64,000 nt of DNA from positions 59,274 through 123,273 of the IMG/VR virus record IMGVR_UViG_3300045580_000473. One strand, written 5' to 3'. Each line of letters starts with the position of its first letter. Position 1 is the first letter of the stretch. Source of the stretch: a virus (taxonomy: Duplodnaviria > Caudoviricetes). The notes beneath the pieces were generated by a model that was given only the letters and a program-made list of their open reading frames with translations, was not told the origin of the DNA and did not search any database. Positions 19,011-29,350 of the stretch are shown in pieces. The position numbers and the translations under genes were made by a program.

Positions 19011-20348
19011 TACCAAAAGCCACGCCCCGCTCGGCAACCGCATCACCGGGTGGCGGCAACAAGTGCCTCGCAACGTCCATACGGTCAATTTCGTCGTCAC
19101 TTATTGCTCGGTCTTTAATAGGCTCAAGCATCTTGTCTCTTTCTTTTTTATCCCGCACAGGCTTTGGGTCGTACCAATTTTGCCAAAAGTTCGGGTCTCG
19201 CATCTGTTCTTCGACCGTCAACCCACGCAGCCCGTCGTCGTCACCTGCGTGGACGACCAAAAATCCAAATAACGTCAACACAATAACCGGCGGTACTAAG
19301 TCTTTAACAGTCATTACCCCCTCCAAGCCGCTCTAGCAAGCCGCGAATAACGACTGCTTGTTTCATTCGTTTTGCGGCTTCAGTATGGCGAACCTGCTCA
19401 TAACACAGGGCGGCACTGTCTTCGTAATCTTTCACGCATTGAGCCAGCACCTCTCGCTCTTCTGGCGTGAGCGTGCCATCCATATCCACTGTCACGTTGC
19501 CGTTGCACATCGAGACGGTTGCATCCTGATCTGCAATACGCCGAATGGCTTCTTTGAGCCGTTCGTTCTCGGCCTGTAACTGCTCCAACTTTTCGCCATT
19601 GTCGGCTTTTATCGCCGCCATAAGCCGCTGGTGTTCGCGTTCAACTTCTTTTTCGTATCCGAACGCCATCAGTTAGTTTCCTTTGAGTTTTTCAGCCGGG
19701 CGTTTTCCGCCTGCAACTCATCGCACTGAACGCCTACCCTGTGACAACATTCCAGCATTGTCTCGACTACCGGCGAAGCTCGGTAAAGCGGAATAATTTT
19801 GGCCTGATCGCGGCTGTCGGTTAATTTGGCAATATAGTCTTCGGCGTCTTTTCGTTTATGAAACAACGGCGTGACACTGCCGATAGGGGCTTCAATGCCG
19901 TAAGCAAAAGGTTCTGTGTATTTCGGAGTCATCCAATTCGCTCCAGAATTCCTCGCACCATGTCGATATGCTCGTCCCACACACGCCGCTCGACGGGCGA
20001 CGAACACAAATCTCGATATTCAATCATCACCCGTTTTGCCTTCTCGATTGTCGCTGCTTCCTGTGGCGTCAGCAGTGTCGCGGAAAGCAACTTCTTGTCG
20101 ATAAGCACCCGCGAGTCGTCGCCGCCAGCACGGTGATGCACACCCAGCACAATAGCCTTGGGCTGGTGCATGGTGATCAAAGCACAGGCGTCTGCCGCGG
20201 ACATCGCCACGACTTTGACGCCATAATGCTGATACGTCAAATATTCCTTTTCCGGGTCTTCGCTGTGCTTGTACTTCCGAATAACCGGAACCTTGTACCG
20301 CACGTCCCACATTTCGGCGGGCTTGTCTGCCACTATTAATTGCATGCG

Positions 20349-20693
20349 TCAGTCCTTTTTGCTCGGGTCGAAAGTTTTGTGGGCCTCCAGCAGCCGGTCT
20401 GCTGACAGCCCCCAACCGCACGGACAGTCAGGATGGTGCACCGGGGTGCCAAGGCGGCTGTCCCGCAAAATAATGTACCAATGCTTGTCGTGTTCAACGG
20501 TCTTGGCGTGCGGCGAAACAGAAATCACTGATTCATTCGTCGGGCCAAACTTCCAGCTCACCCAAAAAATCAAACACGGAATAGCTGTCCATATAAAAAT
20601 TGTTAACGCTATAAACAACATTTCGCTCGGGGACCTTCCCCACGTTTCAATACACGAGTTGTGCCACCGCCGGTAGTTCTCGCTAAAACTCAT
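20349..20693 (-). CDS. single-TM hypothetical protein
   Basis: GGAGG Shine-Dalgarno before MSFSEN; hydrophobic helix; HDKH and HHPDCPC motifs. Confidence 0.65.
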   Translation of the reverse strand: MSFSENYRRWHNSCIETWGRSPSEMLFIALTIFIWTAIPCLIFWVSWKFGPTNESVISVSPHAKTVEHDKHWYIILRDSRLGTPVHHPDCPCGWGLSADRLLEAHKTFDPSKKD

Positions 20694-20754
20694 ATCGCAC
20701 CTCCAAATTGATCGGACGGGAATTGCACCCGCTATGTGCCTCACCGCCATGCTG

Positions 20755-20782
20755 TCTATATCGCCGCGTCCGGCTAGTTCAA
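20755..20782 (-). promoter_or_regulatory. sigma70-like promoter TTGAAC-N16-TATAGA
   Basis: Intergenic, upstream of the accessory gene array. Confidence 0.4.
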
Positions 20783-20852
20783 GCACGTGGCTGTTGGGCA
20801 CCGGCACACTAAAGTGCCGCCTTAGTCGCTGTCACTAGGAGCCGATCAAAAA

Positions 20853-20923
20853 TTCGGGGACTACGATTCGAACGTAGAATAACCCGTCCAAAGCGGGTTG
20901 TGATACCGTTTCACCATCCCCGA
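20853..20923 (-). tRNA. tRNA-Gln(UUG)
   Basis: Cloverleaf: TCGGGGA/TCCCCGA acceptor, ACCCG-CTTTGGA-CGGGT anticodon arm, TTCGAAT T loop; CCA not encoded. Confidence 0.93.
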
Positions 20924-21098
20924 GCACGCTTTGCATCCTTGCATTTACGATTTCCGACACACGCGTAATAGGAGTCATCTTAGTTTGAACGTTGTCGGCT
21001 TCGGTGTTACAAACCCACTACCGACTTGGGTGCTGGGCCGCCGTCAATGAGCAGCGGCTTTTGGAGACCATACAAGGAAGCCAGCCCTCCCATCAATT

Positions 21099-21674
21099 TT
21101 AGACCGGAAGTAAGCTAGTAAACTTTCTTGCCAGTTCAATGGTCACCAGATTGTCGTTCTCGGCGTTGTGCATGCTCTGCGATTTCATGTGCGGCAGAAA
21201 TCTATCCCGCAGAGCCGTCAGCGAATAACCGCCGCTGTACATATTGCCGGCAGTAAAAAACCGAGCAATGCCCGCCGTATCCAAAAACGGATACGTGAAA
21301 AACTCGTTCCACTCTGCGTCAGAGAGCAAGTACGCCCGGATAAACTGCACGTCGAAATTGACGTTGTGCCCCGCGGGGATCAACCGCTTCTTGTTCGTCG
21401 CCGCGATCGCCCGCTGGATGTAGTCCTTGAGGTGCTGCTGGGCCAGCGGCAAATCAAACGCGGTCCGGTTGTGTTCAACAATGTCGATTTTATTCACCGA
21501 CAACGCCCCGGCCGTGAGTGCGTACTCCTCGTGCCGAACGCGAAGGTGAATTCCCGGACTGTGATTGCCTATTGGAACGATGTTGAAAGCAGCGTCCGTT
21601 GCAATGCACGAGACTGTCAGCAGGCTGTGCTTGGGCGTCAACCCGCCGGTCTCGGTGTCCATAAACAGGTACAT
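21099..21674 (-). CDS. DEDDh 3'-5' exonuclease (DnaQ/RNase T-like)
   Basis: DTETGG, GHNVNFD, LDTA, HNAEND. Confidence 0.9.
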   Translation of the reverse strand: MYLFMDTETGGLTPKHSLLTVSCIATDAAFNIVPIGNHSPGIHLRVRHEEYALTAGALSVNKIDIVEHNRTAFDLPLAQQHLKDYIQRAIAATNKKRLIPAGHNVNFDVQFIRAYLLSDAEWNEFFTYPFLDTAGIARFFTAGNMYSGGYSLTALRDRFLPHMKSQSMHNAENDNLVTIELARKFTSLLPV

Positions 21675-23141
21675 CAGAATCCTTCTTCTTCTACCGCGTC
21701 CTGCTCAAACCCGACGAACTCTCCGCCGTCCTCGTTGAACAGAATTCCCGGCTGGGTGGGAGTCGCGTGGATGTTGTCGGCAGTCTGTTGAGCCGTCCGC
21801 TTGAGCAATTCGTAAATCTCGTCTCCGTGTTCCGTACCAAAGTGGGTGCATAGCAATCCGCGTACGGTTAGATACTGGTCGTACTCGAACGAATTGCTGC
21901 TGCCTTCAAACTCCAACTCGTTGTCGTCGTTAAAGTCAGCAAAATGAGAGGGTGTCATAGTGTTAGAAAATAATAGTTAATGAAACGAGGCGATCCTGCA
22001 AAGGAAACAGATATACGCCTCGCAGAGAGTAGTGGCGTGGGGCTTCATGCCGCATGACTACCACGTCCTTGTAATCAGGATAATTCGGGTTTGGCCGCTG
22101 AGCCAACCACGACCGGCTGTATGGCCCGTACGTGTCTTGGCTGGCTTCAAGAACGACCAGCATGTCGCTGGCCGGCACACGAATGCGGATAGACGCCCCT
22201 ACAGGGCCCGTCGCTCCCGTAACGCCCATCCTAGCGGCCTCGCGACCCGTGTCAAATACGTGCTCCAGCGGCTGCAGGTCCGACGCATCCGTCCGGCCAC
22301 GAAGATGCATGCCTTTAATCTTGCCCAAACTACCGGCTTTGATTTTGTCGCCTTGGGTGGCGTCAAGAATGCCCCAGCCAACCAGATCATCGCAGGCGGC
22401 TACGTACATCAGCATGACCGCCGGACTGAGGTTCTTAAAGTCTTCCGGTGCTGTCGAGACCGAGAGGTTGGAGTCGTCGTGGGCGACCTGTAAGAACTCT
22501 CCGGTTTCGAGCAGCACGTCGAACCGCTTGTCCGGGTGCCACGAGGCTAAGCCGCGAACTTCCGGGCCGCGTTGCCCGTCCGGCGTGCTCGAACGGTACT
22601 TCACCACGGTCATACGAAGCTCTGCCGCAAGCTCGGGCGTGAACTTGACCGGCTCGAATACCCGCCGCACCAACCCGGGATTGAATATCTCGGGAGCTAC
22701 GACGGGCAACTTAGGGTTTACCGCAGGCTTAGGCGGAAAACTGGTTTCCGCCACAAGCTTGATGTTTGCCCAAAGATTGTCGAACGAAACTTCTGCCGTC
22801 GGGTCCGCCTGATACTCGTCGAGAAACAAGAGCAGGCCGGAGCGGATAACAGACGGCACGTGCTCAACCGGGACGCCCAGCTTTTGCACGTCGTCGTGGC
22901 AGCCTTTTGACAGAAGGTTTTTCGTGACCGAGAACGGAATCCGTCGCCAGTCGCCGTATGCCATATTGGTCGACGCCAGAAGCTCGGCTATCGAGAACAC
23001 GTCCGTGGCACTCTTGGTGTGCCGCAAAAGCTCTACCAAGCCAGCCAGCATAAATAGCTTTTCCCCCTCGTCGTGTTTGTCGAGGCTGGCGAGAAAAGCA
23101 TCAAAAGGAGCTAAAAAGTTTTCTTCGCTATCTGTGCTCAT
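21674..23141 (-). CDS. two hypothetical proteins (21674-21958, 21963-23141)
   Basis: 94-aa and 392-aa packed ORFs. Confidence 0.7.
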
Positions 23142-23144
23142 GTG

Positions 23145-24299
23145 TTAAATCTTTCCGGCGTACGCGTCGGTGCATGTTTGAAACAACTGCATTACAGCAG
23201 CCATTGTTGGATGGTCTAAAAAGATGACGCGACCGCCTTGATGTTGAATAAGTAATTTAAGTTCAATGTCAACTGGTGCGAATACAACAAACGTAAAGCC
23301 TGCCGGTTGCGGCACAGCAATCCGCAGGCTTTCTATTCGTTGCAGCACCAATCGTATGCCGCGAATGTGCTCACCGGCAAAAACAAACACGCCGCCGGGA
23401 GAGCCAAAAAACGTTTTTAACTGCTCGGTAAGAACGAGCAGGTCAACGTACGCCGCGGCTCCAATAGCCGTGCCAGTCTCCGCCACGCCAAAACCGGGAG
23501 CCGTGTGAGCCGCAAGCTCGCCAATCTCTGCCAGCACGGTAACCGGCAAGCCAAGATCGTAAACAGACAGCATCACGCTCGTATCACGTGTGCACGAAAC
23601 CGACGCAGCGTTCAAACCAATCGCCTCGCCGTAGCCGACGCCGCGGTTAGCCGCAAATTTTGCCAACGCGTTTAAATCAATCGTGCCGTACGTACACGCT
23701 GAGCCGAGATCAAAACAAGCGGCTGACAAAGTGATGCACAATATGTCAGCAAACCCGGCTGAATAAAACGGAAGCACCTGCTGAGCGGCGTCAGAGTCAA
23801 ACGAATTGCGACCTAAAAAAAAGCCCAGCAATTTGTTGTGAGCCCGAGCCTGATACATCGCCATACCTGCGTGTAGGTACGGTTCAGTATCGGCCACGTG
23901 TGGTGAAGAAATAATTGTGTTTTTTATTGGCAGGGGCAGCAAAGATTGAGCCCCGGAGTCCGCGGTATTGAACGTGCAAAAAGAACTGTGCAATTCTGCG
24001 GCTGGATTAAAGCCGCCGGCAGCATAATCCGTGCGGCACATAGGGCCGACGCCGCAGAACAACCACTCCGGGCAAACATTCAGCTTGACCGAAATGTGAT
24101 TTAACAGCCGCAGCGTCGCTCGATTGACGCCGGAGAAAACATCCTGCAAATCACGCGAGCAGATATACGCCTCGCGGGCCATGCGGCGAATGTCGCCACC
24201 AAACAGCAGGTTGCAAATGTACTGCAATCGCAACCGCACCGGCTCGTAATCATGCTCCAGTAAACGGCGGCGGTATTTAAGCGATTTTTTGGTTGCCAT
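23145..24299 (-). CDS. HTH (CI/Xre-like) fused to a degenerate deoxyhypusine-synthase-like domain
   Basis: N-terminal helices ending VCPEWLFCGVGPM; C-terminal GYGEAIG..SVMLSVYDLGLPVTVLAEIG..H..GAAAYVD..GGVFVFAG. Confidence 0.5.
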   Translation of the reverse strand: MATKKSLKYRRRLLEHDYEPVRLRLQYICNLLFGGDIRRMAREAYICSRDLQDVFSGVNRATLRLLNHISVKLNVCPEWLFCGVGPMCRTDYAAGGFNPAAELHSSFCTFNTADSGAQSLLPLPIKNTIISSPHVADTEPYLHAGMAMYQARAHNKLLGFFLGRNSFDSDAAQQVLPFYSAGFADILCITLSAACFDLGSACTYGTIDLNALAKFAANRGVGYGEAIGLNAASVSCTRDTSVMLSVYDLGLPVTVLAEIGELAAHTAPGFGVAETGTAIGAAAYVDLLVLTEQLKTFFGSPGGVFVFAGEHIRGIRLVLQRIESLRIAVPQPAGFTFVVFAPVDIELKLLIQHQGGRVIFLDHPTMAAVMQLFQTCTDAYAGKI

Positions 24300-25302
24300 C
24301 GTTTTGACGCTGCTTGGCCGCTACACGAGCCCGAGCAATAAGTTCTTTACCCGCGGCTCTGAATTTGCCACCGCCGCCGAGCATGTGCTGGCTGGCCATA
24401 GCATTCAAACTGGCCGCTGTCAGGTCGAGGTCTTCTTTCAAGTGTTCTTCAGGATAGGCTGAAAAAGCCGTAAACGAAATAACCGCGTCGCTGTTCACGG
24501 AGTCTGTAAGTAAGACCGTTTTATTTTGCACGGTGCGGGCCAAGCGGATCACAGACGTTGGCGGTTCAATTCCGGGCATGGTCAGGAAAAGCTGCCGTAA
24601 CTGCACTCGCCAGCCGTTCTCTGCGGCTACCGGTACAAGCCGCCACAACGACGCCGCTGTTTTTCTGTTCGTCTGTTTCCAGCGGCGGGTAATGTGTTTT
24701 TTGTACCGCGTAATTTCTGCGGCAATACGCTCCACGGCCCGATTGAACGTGTCGATGTTTGCAAAATGCAAAGGGTCGATTTCGACAAACGGGACAAACT
24801 GCTCCGTAATATGCGTCGTGGTGTAAATACGCGATAACGCGTTTGCCTGCGTGAGCTTAGAAATAAACTGCTCATACTGGCGGAACTGATACTCGACCAC
24901 GCGGGCCCAACAGGCCGGGCAATAGTTGTAGTACCCGCACGAGCGAATCTTTTTCGTCTGCGTTTTAGGCGGATAGATCACGCCGGGTGGCCGGCAGTAG
25001 CAGCACAGTTCAAACGCGGCCTTGAGTTTATCTTGGTCGCAGTAGTGCTCGTCGGCCACAACGGTCGAAATAGGGAGCCGTTTTTCGTGGCTGGCCATGG
25101 CGAAGATGCGGTCGATGAGCAACGCCCGCATGCTGTTCAGCCGGGCTCGCACAACGGGCAGTTCGTCTTCTGGCTTAATCCCGTAGACCGCCGCCAAAGA
25201 AACCAGATGCGGCGTTTTAGACCGGCGATTTACGACATACAAGTCGTAATTCAAAGCAGCCTGATACGCGGCTTCAAGCGAGTCTTGAATAAACGACATC
25301 AC
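24277..25302 (-). CDS. hypothetical Cys-cluster protein, possibly an inactivated HUH Rep fold
   Basis: CRPP..CGYYNYCPAC; NGWRVQLRQLFL at the expected HUH position. Confidence 0.55.
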   Translation of the reverse strand: MMSFIQDSLEAAYQAALNYDLYVVNRRSKTPHLVSLAAVYGIKPEDELPVVRARLNSMRALLIDRIFAMASHEKRLPISTVVADEHYCDQDKLKAAFELCCYCRPPGVIYPPKTQTKKIRSCGYYNYCPACWARVVEYQFRQYEQFISKLTQANALSRIYTTTHITEQFVPFVEIDPLHFANIDTFNRAVERIAAEITRYKKHITRRWKQTNRKTAASLWRLVPVAAENGWRVQLRQLFLTMPGIEPPTSVIRLARTVQNKTVLLTDSVNSDAVISFTAFSAYPEEHLKEDLDLTAASLNAMASQHMLGGGGKFRAAGKELIARARVAAKQRQNDGNQKIA

Positions 25303-25781
25303 CCATTCTCCGGTTCCGCCGGAGGGATGGCGTCCTCATTGGTGTCGGGTTCGGCAAGCTGGGCCTTGACGAAGTCCATTCGTTCGCGGACAAGGTTCAC
25401 GGCCTCTTCGGCATTGGCGACCTCGACGAACGGGAGCGTCTTCTGCAAGTGCTCCCACTTAGTCTGGCCGACGCCGGCGACGTTGATCTCGCCCGGCTCG
25501 ACGGTGGTGAACTCGTCAAGCGTGGCCACGGCGATCGCGTCAGGCCGGCTGGAGAACACGAGGATGCGACCGGTTTTGTCGACAAAAAAGCTGGTGCCCT
25601 TGCCGTCGCAGATCACGTACCGGACAGCCGACTCGCCAGTGTCGATGTAGTGGGTCTTCTTTTTCGTTGCCTCTGGCTGCGTCAGAGCCTGTGGATGGCA
25701 GCAATATTTGTATTTCTTCCCGCTGCCACAAATGCAGCGGTCGTTCCTATGCGTGCCAATGGCACGCTTCATGGGGTTCAT
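25299..25781 (-). CDS. SEC-C motif protein
   Basis: RNDRCICGSGKKYKYCC. Confidence 0.85.
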   Translation of the reverse strand: MNPMKRAIGTHRNDRCICGSGKKYKYCCHPQALTQPEATKKKTHYIDTGESAVRYVICDGKGTSFFVDKTGRILVFSSRPDAIAVATLDEFTTVEPGEINVAGVGQTKWEHLQKTLPFVEVANAEEAVNLVRERMDFVKAQLAEPDTNEDAIPPAEPENG

Positions 25782-25805
25782 GTGAGCCTCCGTGCTTGTG
25801 CGGTT

Positions 25806-25833
25806 AGCGTACCGAAAACGGGGAGTCCGTCAA
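25806..25833 (-). promoter_or_regulatory. sigma70-like promoter TTGACG-N16-TACGCT
   Basis: Intergenic, upstream of the SEC-C gene and its GGAGG Shine-Dalgarno. Confidence 0.55.
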
Positions 25834-26108
25834 CCGAAAATCAGACCCCTGTTTTCCCCGAGAAAAACGAGGTTTTCTGCTATCTTGTGCAGTTTACCAA
25901 GGCCTACTTAAGTCATGTGCTGACAAGGCTTTGCGACGAGCAAAAAGGGCAAAATGTCTGTTTTAGCCGATCTACTTCGTAGAAGACCTCTCTCTCTTTG
26001 AGAGGAGACAGAGGGTTGGAAGGCAGTCCATACTGCCTTTCCAACACCCACTCTGGTCTGCATGGTGCTTCTAGATACCATCCCCGACCTCGTAGCTTGC
26101 GTTCTCTG

Positions 26109-27785
26109 TCACTTTGTCTTGACGAGGGTGCCCGACTTCCGGCTGGTCCCCGAAAGGGGCAGGAGGCTGTTCTTACGGGCCCTGAGAAGGACCTGCCAGA
26201 CATGCCATCCTCCGAGACAGACCCCGAACTTGGCGTTGATCGTATTGATCAGCCGTTCGAACTTCGGGGTGTAGGGTAGGTTGTCCGTCGAGATGCCGAA
26301 ATCGGCATAAGTCTTGGCGGCAAAGATAGCAATATCCCGCAGCATCTTGCTGGTCGTGACGCGAACTTCGGGCAGGGTGTTTACCTCCAGCTTGTCCGCT
26401 TCGCGATTCAGCACGTTAAACAGGTGGGTGAAATCGAAGCCCTTACTCGTCGGCCGCGACTTCGTCTTGGTTTTTGTCTTCATTTCTTCCTCCATAAAGT
26501 CAAAGGTTAAATTCGGATCGGTCATACAGCGGTTTCCTCAACGGGGTCTGGCGTCGGATCGCGGTCGGGCAGTTCGGCCTCCGGCAGGAGGTCATACATG
26601 CCGGACTCCATGTCCAGAATCACCTGCTCGATGCCGCCGTTGAACGGCACTGCGATCATGCAGCGAACGTGCGGTTCACAGGCGACGCCGGCCCGATGCT
26701 CGTGCATCATTGTGAACGTGATCGGAAAGAACTTGTCGTCAGGCAGGGCGTCGATCAGGCTCTCGGGAAGCGTCCGATTGTACTTGAGTACCTTGTCGGA
26801 CATATGGTTGATTATTTGCAGGTAGTGCTTGTCAAGGTATTTGACTTTACGTGGCACGTTTCTTTTTCTTCTGGGGTTTCTTGGCCGCTTTCTTTTTCGG
26901 CGGCAACTTGAGTTCAAATGCAATGTACGAATTATCAGGCAGGTCGCTCAGGTCGCACTCGTCTTCCAGTACCAGCGGCGACAGCTTGTCTAGGCTGTTG
27001 CGGTACACCGTCGCCATCTCTTTAAACTGAGCCGCGTCTTCGCAATAGGCGTAGAGCCGCCCCTCGCTTTTTTCAATGATCAGGTGCATCACCGGCCCTG
27101 AGCTTTTTGGGCTTCGTGAAATTTGAGCACAGCCCGAGCGGCCGTGTCCGCATCGGAGCTACTGAAGCCCTCCTGCCGAAACCGCTCTTTGGCGTACCGA
27201 TATTCCACGCTTCCGGTGTTGGTCGGCGTGGAGGTCGTGCTCGTGCTGCTGCTCTGGTTTCCGCCGGCGATCATTTGCACGACTACGCCAATCACGGCGG
27301 CGGCGATAATCAGCGGCCAAATGCTTGTATTACTGCTGTTGTTGCTCATCTGTGTCCTTTGGATGAATAGGTGGTGGGCGGTGGTCTTTGTCGTCTGTCT
27401 CGGGTCCGCCGGCGTCATCAGGCGTGTACGTGGGGTCGCCGCCAAAGTTGATGGTGATGCCGAAGAACCCGGCGTACTTCATCGCCTTGCCGAGCAGCGT
27501 GTACTCTTCTTCCGAGTACATAGCCCCGAAGGCGTTTTGATGGATAAACACGTTTTGCGATCCGGCTCGCGATGCGTCTCGGCACACCGCTGCAAAACTC
27601 GGCAGCTTGTGCTCAATTTCTTTCTTGAGTGCGATTCGGCGGGCGGACCACTCTTGCTTGGAAACCGGCTCTTCATTGCCGCCGTTTTCTTCGAGCACGG
27701 TTTCGAGGTCGACACCAGCGGCCTTAAGCCGCTTTTTTAGGCGTTTGTGCAGTTCTTGCTGATATTTTTTGCTGTTTCGACTCAT
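26109..27785 (-). CDS. run of five small hypothetical genes (26109-26525, 26522-~26856, 26847-27092, 27089-~27349 membrane protein, 27330-27785)
   Basis: Packed ORFs with overlapping stop/start codons. Confidence 0.65.
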
Positions 27786-29341
27786 ACAGCCTCCTTGATA
27801 GTTCCGATATTAACGAAGTCCTGAAAGTACGTCGCGAAGAAGGCGTCACAAAGCTGTTGCAACACCGCCACGCGTGCTTCTCGTCCTTCGATTTTGACGC
27901 CGCCCTTTTTCAGTTCTCGCCCTGAGTTTTCCACGTGATCTGTGACGCGTTCGGCAAGGCCGGGCAGACCTCGCTCGATAAGCTCGTGCAGGATGACAGC
28001 GTTGAAGTCGTTGAGCACGTGTCCGGTGCCCGTCTGCTCGCTCGCCAAGGCCACGGTCCTGCCAGTGAGAATGTTGGTCGCCAGCATGTGCCGATTAAAC
28101 TGATTATTCAGCGTCAGCTTGTCGCTCGTCCGCAGGGTTTTGCCTGTGGTCACAGACTGAGCCTCGACCTCGAAGATGCCCATGCAGGCCCCGACGTCGA
28201 GGGCACTGACGACCTCTGCAGGCGTTATGGAGCCCCAATCCTTGGCGGCCAGCACTTCTGACAGCTTCATGCCTTTCGCGGCTATAAGGGCCGCCAGAGC
28301 CTCGTAGACGGGGCCTTGGGCTGTTGCCGTGACAACGCCTAAATTGACCGGAAACGGGAACTTGATGGCGGGGTTGGACAGCCGGAAATAGAAGCCGTCC
28401 GCTTTTTGTAGCCGCTCTTCCAGCGACGGCATTGGCTGCGGGTCTTTGCAATATAGGTCCCAGCGGAACGCCGTGTTGGCACAGAAGTCCTTGTGCGTTT
28501 CGATGACGTACCGGTCGGTCGTGGTGTTGAACAGTTCTTTGAATTCAGGCCGGACGCACAAGTCCCAGAAGTTCTCGTGCGGCGGCATGCTCCCGATGAA
28601 CTCCAGCCCGGCTCGTTTGAAATCGTTAGCCACCTCGTAGAAATAGAACGTGGCCCAGTGCTCGTTTAGATACTCGTGGGCGAGGTAGCGTGGGTTTTGC
28701 TTTACGAACACCTCGACTTTTTCAGCCACCGTCGGGTTGTCTTCGAAGTACTGGGCTTTGTTGTCGCGTATGTACTTCAGGTACTTGAGAGCTTCGGTGA
28801 TTCGCTCGATGCTATCTCCGGTCCGGCGAAGAGCGTATTGCTGCAGAATTGCCCGAATCGGCTGAAGGGCCGCCCAGCCGGGCATGGCGTTGTAGCTAAC
28901 CAGCAGCACGCCGCCTTTGGCCAGCCGCTTTTTGGCGATCTGGACAATGTCGTTACGGACTTCTGCGGAGACCCAACTGTAAACTCCGTGCAGGGTGATG
29001 AAGTCGAACTCGCCGATGTCGTCTGGCAGGGCTTCGAATCCGGCGGTGATGACGCGGGCGTTTGTCAGGCCAGCGGCTTCGATGTCTTTTTCGATCAGAG
29101 CCGTATGGCTGCGGTTAAAGTCAACGCCGGTAAATTGCCCGTGCGGGTTGGCAGCAGCAAGGGTGGTGAGGCAGCGGCCGAGACCTGACCCGAGTTCGAG
29201 ATAGCGGAATCCGGGTTTGTCTGGTGGCGGCACGACGCGATTCAAGGCGGCAATGTACCGCAGGCAAATCGGGGCCATATTGCCGTAAAAACCCGGTACG
29301 TAGTCCACGTCCGAGATATATCCTTTGCCGTCAGCGTCCAT
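27782..29341 (-). CDS. class I SAM-dependent methyltransferase with methyltransferase regulatory domain
   Basis: GYISDVDY, LELGSGLG, GVDFN, FDFITLHGVYSWVS, SYNAMPGW, YLAHEYLN. Confidence 0.9.
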   Translation of the reverse strand: MDADGKGYISDVDYVPGFYGNMAPICLRYIAALNRVVPPPDKPGFRYLELGSGLGRCLTTLAAANPHGQFTGVDFNRSHTALIEKDIEAAGLTNARVITAGFEALPDDIGEFDFITLHGVYSWVSAEVRNDIVQIAKKRLAKGGVLLVSYNAMPGWAALQPIRAILQQYALRRTGDSIERITEALKYLKYIRDNKAQYFEDNPTVAEKVEVFVKQNPRYLAHEYLNEHWATFYFYEVANDFKRAGLEFIGSMPPHENFWDLCVRPEFKELFNTTTDRYVIETHKDFCANTAFRWDLYCKDPQPMPSLEERLQKADGFYFRLSNPAIKFPFPVNLGVVTATAQGPVYEALAALIAAKGMKLSEVLAAKDWGSITPAEVVSALDVGACMGIFEVEAQSVTTGKTLRTSDKLTLNNQFNRHMLATNILTGRTVALASEQTGTGHVLNDFNAVILHELIERGLPGLAERVTDHVENSGRELKKGGVKIEGREARVAVLQQLCDAFFATYFQDFVNIGTIKEAV

Positions 29342-29350
29342 GCCAGCCTC

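Larger units (their letters stand above)
16198..20345 (-). repeat. array of small genes sharing a C-terminal LT..ERE...LLER module
   Basis: Module present in 16198-16473, 16705-17004, 17246-17563, 17744-17986, 18287-18487, 18484-18963/19326, 19304-19669 and 19929-20345. 35-bp direct repeat 18381-18415 vs 18608-18642 (34/35 identical). GGAGCGAAC(A/G)AAATGA at 16198, 16705 and 17246. Confidence 0.85.

Noticed and set aside
16198-20345. Diversity-generating retroelement
   Set aside because: No reverse transcriptase in the window, and the repeat pair is short with one mismatch rather than adenine-specific variation.
20950-21095. tmRNA or tRNA-Trp (CTCCAAA loop; ADNV-like reading)
   Set aside because: No T arm, acceptor end or terminated ALAA-type tag.
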